In this document: in pieces, positions 58,882 to 64,000 of the stretch | Layout of the letters: the number at the start of each line of letters is the position of its first letter | How positions within the stretch are numbered: the stretch's first letter is position 1 | Virus record (IMG/VR): IMGVR_UViG_3300014325_000011 | Coordinates: 51,126 to 115,125 of that record | Strand: one strand, 5' to 3' | DNA: 64,000 nucleotides | DNA from: a virus | Notes under the pieces: model-generated | The model's input: the letters and a program-made list of their open reading frames with translations, nothing else | Told to the model about the DNA's origin: nothing | Database searches by the model: none | Program-made: the position numbers and the translations under genes

Positions 58882-59359
58882 TCGACGGGGGGCGGCAGTT
58901 CCAAGCCCAGGTCTTCGCGGATTTCGCGGAGAAGTTTAGAACGGAGTTCAGCTTCGTAAAGCGCGCGGGCGCGTTCGAGTCGCGGCTTGGTGGTGTCGTT
59001 TCCTACGGCGTCGAGCGCCTGGATCAGAAGCTTCGCCCGTGACCCCACCGTCATTGCCTTGCGCCCGCCGGCCACAGCTCCCCCAAGAGATCGCCAGTGC
59101 CACCACCTGTCGGCCATCGGACATTAGGCGATCGTTCGACATTTGCACAAGATTTTCCGGCAGCCGTGTGTGCCGGTTGTGTGCCCTGAGCAGCCAGAAT
59201 AACAGAGTGTCGCGGCCAATTGGGGTTGGAAGCGGACAGATCGGTCGTGTCGTTAACTGTGTGCCGATCATACGCAGGTCGGCCCGTTGTGGCCTCCTTG
59301 AGCTATCCGGAACGGCCCTCCACTTCTACATAGGTGTAGATAAGTGTGCCTCCCTAGCC

Positions 59360-59548
59360 CTACCAGCCGCGGGCGCGCCATTCGGCGAGGTGGGGGCGCT
59401 CCCGGCCGAGGGTGGAGTCCTTGCCGTGGCCGGGGTAGATCCAGGTGGTGTCGGGCAGCGGGCCGAAGACCTTGGCCTCCAGGCCGTCCATCAGACTCCG
59501 AAAATCAGCCGGAAGTGTTGTCCGCCCGGGGCCGCCCGGGAACAGGCA
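59360..59548 (-). pseudogene. 3' fragment of a host-type MBL-fold metallo-hydrolase
   Basis: CLFPGGPGRT...F.SL...E.KVF..LPD.TW.YPGHG..STLG.ERPHL.EWRARGW*; the HxHxDH-containing 5' part is absent. Confidence 0.85.
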
Positions 59549-59562
59549 GTGTCCCAGCCGGC
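59531..59562. other. Candidate attP core for the serine integrase
   Basis: Imperfect inverted repeat GCCGcCcGGGA-N10-TCCCaGcCGGC centred where MBL similarity begins, 15 nt before the integrase ATG. Confidence 0.55.
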
Positions 59563-59576
59563 TAACATGACCGACC

Positions 59577-61040
59577 ATGGTGAACGGCGACGAAAACCAC
59601 CTCGAACCCGCCATCTCCTACGGCCGCGAATCCTACGACCGGTACAACGACGAACACACCGTCGACGCCCAGCTCGCCGGCAACCGCGACGCCGCACCCC
59701 ACCTCGGCCTGCGGATCGTCACCGAACGGCGCGACGATGACATCTCGGCCCACGACGGCACCCACCGGCCCGGCTACCAGCAGGTCGTCGACGACATCCG
59801 CGGCGGCGTCGCCCGAGTCGTCCTCGTGCTGCACACCTCACGGCTGTGGCGGGACCGGGTCGAACGATCCAAGGACATCAACCTGTTCGGCACCTACGGG
59901 GTGCGGATCGTCGCCCGCCGCGGACCCCACCTCGATCTGTCGACAGCGGCAGGCCGCGGACTCGCCGGGCTGATGGGCGAGTTCGACACGATGGAGTCCG
60001 AGACGAAAGGCGAACGGGTCCGCGACGAGCTGGCGCTGCGTGCCGCCGCCGGCCGGTCGATCGGCCCGGTGGCCTACGGCTGGCGCCGGGAAAACGTGTT
60101 CGACGACCGGGGCCGTCGGGTCGACTTCAACGACGTGGAGCATCCCGAGCAGGCCGACGTGGTCCGGTGGATCGTCGATCAGCTTCTCGCCGGCAAGTCG
60201 ATCAAATGGGTGGTGGCCAGTCTCAACGACCGCGGCATCGTCGCCCCCGGCGGAGGGCTGTGGCTGCCTTCCGGGGTTCGGAAGGTGGCTCTGCGGCCGG
60301 CGAACATCGCCCGGAAGGTCTACAAGAGTGCGGACATCGGTCGGGCAGTGTGGCCAGCGATCGTCGACGAGGACAAACATCATCGGGTTGTCGCCCTGCT
60401 GAACGATCCAGTGCGGCTCACGTCCCGGTCGGGTGCCCGGCAGCATGCGCTCACCTACAACGCCGACGTCGGCCGGTGCGGGGTGTGCGAGGGACCGCTG
60501 GCTGTCCACACGGTCAAGACCGGGCGACGGCGGACGGCGCATGTGCTATACGCCTGCCAGAAGGGCTGCGTCGGCCGCAACCAGGAGAAAGTCGACCTGA
60601 TGGTCGAAGGGATGGTGATCGGTGTGCTGGCCCGTCCCGACTGGCGTCGCCGGTTCGACCGGAAAGACACCCGCGCGGTGGCAGCCCGAACCCGAGCGGA
60701 GGCGCTGCGGGCACGACTGCTGCAAGCCACCGACGACTACGACGAGGACCGGATCACCCACGAACAGTTCCTACGTCAGACAACTCGGCTCCGGGACCGG
60801 ATCGCCGAACAGGAGGAGATCGCCCGTCGGGCACAGCCCGGGGTGGGGCCGGAGCTTGCCGAGGGGCTGACGGACGGGCCGGTTGAGGATCGGGTGCGTC
60901 GGTGGCGGGCGCTGTCGGCGGGTCAGAAGCAGCGCCTGTTGGCCGCGTTGCGGGTCCAGGTTCGGATTCTGCCGGTGCGTCGGAAGGGTGCCGGGTTTGA
61001 TCCGACGTCGGTGCTGATCGTCGAGTTGGACGATGCCTGA
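59577..61040 (+). CDS. int: Large serine recombinase (integrase)
   Basis: YGRES catalytic Ser, DDDISA...RPGY...SRLWR, ESETKGER, YGW recombinase domain, CGVC...YAC Zn ribbon, coiled coil. Confidence 0.95.
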   Translation: MVNGDENHLEPAISYGRESYDRYNDEHTVDAQLAGNRDAAPHLGLRIVTERRDDDISAHDGTHRPGYQQVVDDIRGGVARVVLVLHTSRLWRDRVERSKDINLFGTYGVRIVARRGPHLDLSTAAGRGLAGLMGEFDTMESETKGERVRDELALRAAAGRSIGPVAYGWRRENVFDDRGRRVDFNDVEHPEQADVVRWIVDQLLAGKSIKWVVASLNDRGIVAPGGGLWLPSGVRKVALRPANIARKVYKSADIGRAVWPAIVDEDKHHRVVALLNDPVRLTSRSGARQHALTYNADVGRCGVCEGPLAVHTVKTGRRRTAHVLYACQKGCVGRNQEKVDLMVEGMVIGVLARPDWRRRFDRKDTRAVAARTRAEALRARLLQATDDYDEDRITHEQFLRQTTRLRDRIAEQEEIARRAQPGVGPELAEGLTDGPVEDRVRRWRALSAGQKQRLLAALRVQVRILPVRRKGAGFDPTSVLIVELDDA

Positions 61041-61065
61041 TCTTGTCCTAACTCGTCCGAATCTA

Positions 61066-61100
61066 TTGACCGATCCAGGACACTATAGGACACTGGGTGG
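61066..61100 (+). promoter_or_regulatory. Leaderless promoter nearly identical to the early promoter at 57751-57779
   Basis: TTGACC-GATCCAGGACACTATAG-GACACT-6-GTG. Confidence 0.7.
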
Positions 61101-61286
61101 GTGCTTTCGACCGATCAGACGCCAGCCGAACCGGCCGTATGGACAAGCGGGGACGCTGCCATCGACGCCTATGTAGCTGAGATCGTCGCCCGCTGGTCGG
61201 CGCCCACCGAGCAGCAGATCGCCCAGATCGAGGCGATCCTGTTCCCGGATGCGATCGACCCGCAGCCTGTCCGCCGCGCGGCCTAA
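61101..61286 (+). CDS. Small protein downstream of int (candidate recombination directionality factor)
   Basis: 61 aa, AYVAEIVARWSAPTEQQIAQIEAIL; has its own promoter. Confidence 0.5.
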   Translation: MLSTDQTPAEPAVWTSGDAAIDAYVAEIVARWSAPTEQQIAQIEAILFPDAIDPQPVRRAA

Positions 61287-61297
61287 ACCCCCCTGAA

Positions 61298-61345
61298 CGA
61301 TGTTGTGGGGCCCCTGATGAACCTGGCAGGGGCCCCACAACATCG
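61298..61345. terminator. 19-bp perfect stem-loop between convergent genes
   Basis: CGATGTTGTGGGGCCCCTG-10-CAGGGGCCCCACAACATCG. Confidence 0.8.
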
Positions 61346-61353
61346 TCTCGGGA

Positions 61354-61611
61354 TCAGATCCGGTCAGACGCACACCCGGCGGCGAGTTCCGCGACCCGGA
61401 CGGCGATCCACTCGGCGATCGTCAGATCGCCCTTCGACTGGCCGCACGGTGCGCAGCACGGCGCCAGGTTGACGAGCGCATCGGTGCCATGTGGCCGGCT
61501 CCGCGGAATCATATGGTCGAGATGGTCGGCGGGGCGCGCGCCGCAGTAGACGCACATCCCACCGACCTGCGCAGTCAGCCGTTCGCGGCATCCCGCCGAC
61601 CGGACGCTCAC
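61354..61611 (-). CDS. Small HNH endonuclease
   Basis: CVYCG...DHMIPRS...NLAPCCAPC..SKG. Confidence 0.8.
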   Translation of the reverse strand: MSVRSAGCRERLTAQVGGMCVYCGARPADHLDHMIPRSRPHGTDALVNLAPCCAPCGQSKGDLTIAEWIAVRVAELAAGCASDRI

Positions 61612-62633
61612 CCCACAACCTCCACCGGGTCGGCCGGGTCGACGGCGAGCAGTTCCCGCAGATAGCGGAGCACGTCGAACCGGATAACCGCGGCGATCAT
61701 CTGCCCGTCGGTCTGCTCCGGTAGCCGGCGGATGTACGGCTGGGCGTCGTACTCGTCAGCGACCTTGTCGAGGGCTTCGACCGCGGCGAGAACGACCGCC
61801 CCCGGGATCGCACCCACATCCGGCGGCAATGGGGGAAGGTCGTCCTCCTGGCCGCGTTCGCCAGACTCATCCGAGGCTGCGGGGTCACTGTCGACCGGCT
61901 GGCATTCGTCAGTCCAATGGTCGGAGACGGGCTGGCCGCAGCGGGAGCAGACCGGCCGGCTCACCGGGCACCACCCGGGGTGGTGCAGGAGCAGAGGGTT
62001 TCAGGGCCGGCACCGGTGTCGATGTGGTTGCAGCCCTTGTTGTCGTGGTCCGCCTTCGGGTGGGGGCATTCACCGCAGCCCAGGGCCGCCGGGTAGTCGG
62101 CAGCCTTGGCAATCTCGGCGACCCGGGCCTTGAGGGTCGGCCTCGGGTGGAACAGCGGCCGGATGACCGTTGCGGCGCTCACCGGGCAGGCTCCGTCGAA
62201 GACGTGTCGGCCGTGCAGACCGTGTCGTCCGCGTGGATCGGCGCGCCGCCGGTCTCCTGCCAGGCGGTACGGCCACAGGGGCAGGTGACGACGGACGCGC
62301 CCTCGGGGAGGCCGCTCACCGGGTGCCACCCTCGCCACCGGACAGGTGACGCTCCAGCATCTCGGCGAGGGTCTTCGCGGCGTCCTCCTCGCCCTCATCC
62401 GAACCGGACGACTGGGACTGGGAGGTGTCACGGAAGTTGATGGCACGATGGAACACGGGCTCGACCTCCTGCGGTCGGGTCAAGGGCCCTGGTGCCCTGC
62501 CGGCAAGCTCCGGCACCGGGGTCCGCCTGTTAGGACGGGCCGTACAGCGATGGCAGTCGCCGTACGGCTCAGGCGCCCGGTCGTGCTAGCTCACGGCCGG
62601 GCGCCACCTTCACTAGTGAGCAGTCATCACTAT

Positions 62634-62656
62634 GACCACTCACTAGTAGAGTGGTC
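62634..62656. promoter_or_regulatory. Palindromic operator, likely bound by the adjacent GntR
   Basis: GACCACTC-ACTAGTA-GAGTGGTC, plus TCACTAGTGA at 62610, in the divergent intergenic region. Confidence 0.55.
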
Positions 62657-62766
62657 CACGCGGCCACGAACCGTCAACCCCCCAATCGGGCCCGTAGTCG
62701 CACCCCTTCCCTTCGGGACTTTGTGGTCTGTACAGTCATTGCCATGAACCGCAACGAGTCGCAGCC

Positions 62767-63555
62767 GTGAACGCCGACCGGCGAGTGCCGAACTACCAGC
62801 GGATCGCGGACGCGCTGATGGCCCGCATCGACTCTGGCGAGTTCCCGTCTGGCTCCCGGCTCCCCACCGAACCCCAGTTGAAGGCCGAGTACGACGTCTC
62901 GTCGACGACGGTTCGCAACGCCGTCAAGGCGCTGGCTGCGGCTGGCATCGTGGAGACCCGCCACGGAGCCGGCACGTTCGTCATCGAGCGGAAGCTGTTG
63001 ACGATCAACGCGACGACGACCGAAGACCTTGACCGGCGCCGAGGCATCGTCGCCCAAGACTCGTGGAGCACCGACGTCAAGGAAGCCGGGCGCGAGCCGG
63101 ACCAGCGGTTCGAGTGCTTGAACGTAGCCGCGTCCGATGAGCAGGCGAAGCTGCTAGGTGTCGAGCCCGGTGCGTGGCTGGTCATGCGCCGCTGCTGGCG
63201 AACCGTTGATGGCATCCCAGCGTCCATCGAAGCCAGCGTGTTTCCGCGCTGGCTCGTCGACGCCCTACCTGAGCTTGGCTCTCCGCATGACATCGCACAA
63301 GGCACGACGTCCTTCGTCGCCGAGCGGGGTTACCCGATGGAAGTCCACCTCGACTACGTCTCTGGACGACCGTTCACCCGTGAGGAAGAGTCGTTCTTCC
63401 GGGCACCTGCCGGCGTGCAGGCACTCATCCGCGGGCGGGTCAGCTACGACAAGCCAGATGGGCGCGTATTGCGGATCATGGAGACGGTGTACCGCAACGA
63501 CATGCACAAGATCCTGTATGTCGTTGCCGGGCGCGGGAACGCGACGTCACGGTGA
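62767..63555 (+). CDS. GntR/HutC-family regulator (wHTH plus UTRA)
   Basis: YQRIADAL...GSRLPTE..L...YDVS..TVR.A...L...G....HGAGTFV. Confidence 0.93.
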   Translation: MNADRRVPNYQRIADALMARIDSGEFPSGSRLPTEPQLKAEYDVSSTTVRNAVKALAAAGIVETRHGAGTFVIERKLLTINATTTEDLDRRRGIVAQDSWSTDVKEAGREPDQRFECLNVAASDEQAKLLGVEPGAWLVMRRCWRTVDGIPASIEASVFPRWLVDALPELGSPHDIAQGTTSFVAERGYPMEVHLDYVSGRPFTREEESFFRAPAGVQALIRGRVSYDKPDGRVLRIMETVYRNDMHKILYVVAGRGNATSR

Positions 63556-64000
63556 CGCCAACCCTGTACCTGAGAACCGCGGTCACTGCTGACGCCGCAC
63601 TGATCCTCGACTGGCGGAAGGCCACCGCAGAATGGCTGGCAGCCACCTACGGCACCGATCAGTGGTCGATCCCATACGACTGGGCAAAGGTTGAACGGTG
63701 GGTCTCCGAGGGGCACACGTTCATGGCCGCGCTCGAACCGGACGGCGAACCGGTCGCGACGATCACCAGCACGCCGGAAGGTGATCCGGCACTCTGGACA
63801 CCCGAAGAGCTGGCGGTGCCCGCGCGGTACCTGAACAAGGCGAACGTGCGCCGGGAGTATGCCGAACTCGGCATCGACGCGTGTCTCATCTCTTGGGCGG
63901 CGACACGGGCCGCGAAGCAGGGCGTCGGCTTGGTGCGGATCGACGTGTGGTCCACCAATCATCGACTCCACGACTACTACCGGAACATGGGGTTCCGCTA
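63552..64000 (+). CDS. GNAT acetyltransferase; partial, runs off the right edge
   Basis: AEWL...GTDQW...YLNKANVRREYAELGI...VRIDVWSTNHRLHDYYRNMGF; GTGA overlap with GntR. Confidence 0.85.
   Translation, partial: MTPTLYLRTAVTADAALILDWRKATAEWLAATYGTDQWSIPYDWAKVERWVSEGHTFMAALEPDGEPVATITSTPEGDPALWTPEELAVPARYLNKANVRREYAELGIDACLISWAATRAAKQGVGLVRIDVWSTNHRLHDYYRNMGFR

Noticed and set aside
59120-59140. Third SOS box (..GATC-GTTCGA)
   Set aside because: Only one half-site matches the consensus.
59360-59614. Complete 84-aa gene or functional beta-lactamase
   Set aside because: Only the C-terminal MBL fragment is present; the first ~20 residues come from attP/int antisense sequence and the metal-binding HxHxDH motif is missing.

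Overview
High-GC actinobacterial temperate siphovirus, covering most of the genome. WhiB genes, leaderless promoters and GAAC-N4-GTTC SOS boxes point to an actinobacterial host. The minus strand from about 34.9 kb leftwards is the late operon: TerS, TerL, portal, a MuF gene in two pieces, protease/scaffold, major capsid protein, about 12 kb of fibre, spike and decoration genes placed before the head-tail adaptor, tail tube, frameshifting tail chaperones, tape measure, and a beta-helix tail protein running off the left edge. About 35-57.7 kb is a minus-strand early region: Sak4-like ATPase, Cas4/RecE-like nuclease, RusA, two WhiB, a DpdA/TGT-like protein, a DEDD exonuclease, a Cre-like tyrosine recombinase and an SOS-boxed GIY-YIG. 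57.9-61.3 kb holds a repressor, a candidate attP carrying the 3' end of a host MBL-hydrolase gene, and a large serine integrase. An HNH, a GntR and a GNAT follow. The most striking locus is the terminase. Its Walker A is split by a G_GGA_AAA slippery site with a 3' stem-loop. It also carries a 321-aa intein whose linker is overprinted, in another frame, by a complete HNH homing endonuclease with its own leaderless promoter. All family calls come from motif recognition by eye; no searches were run.
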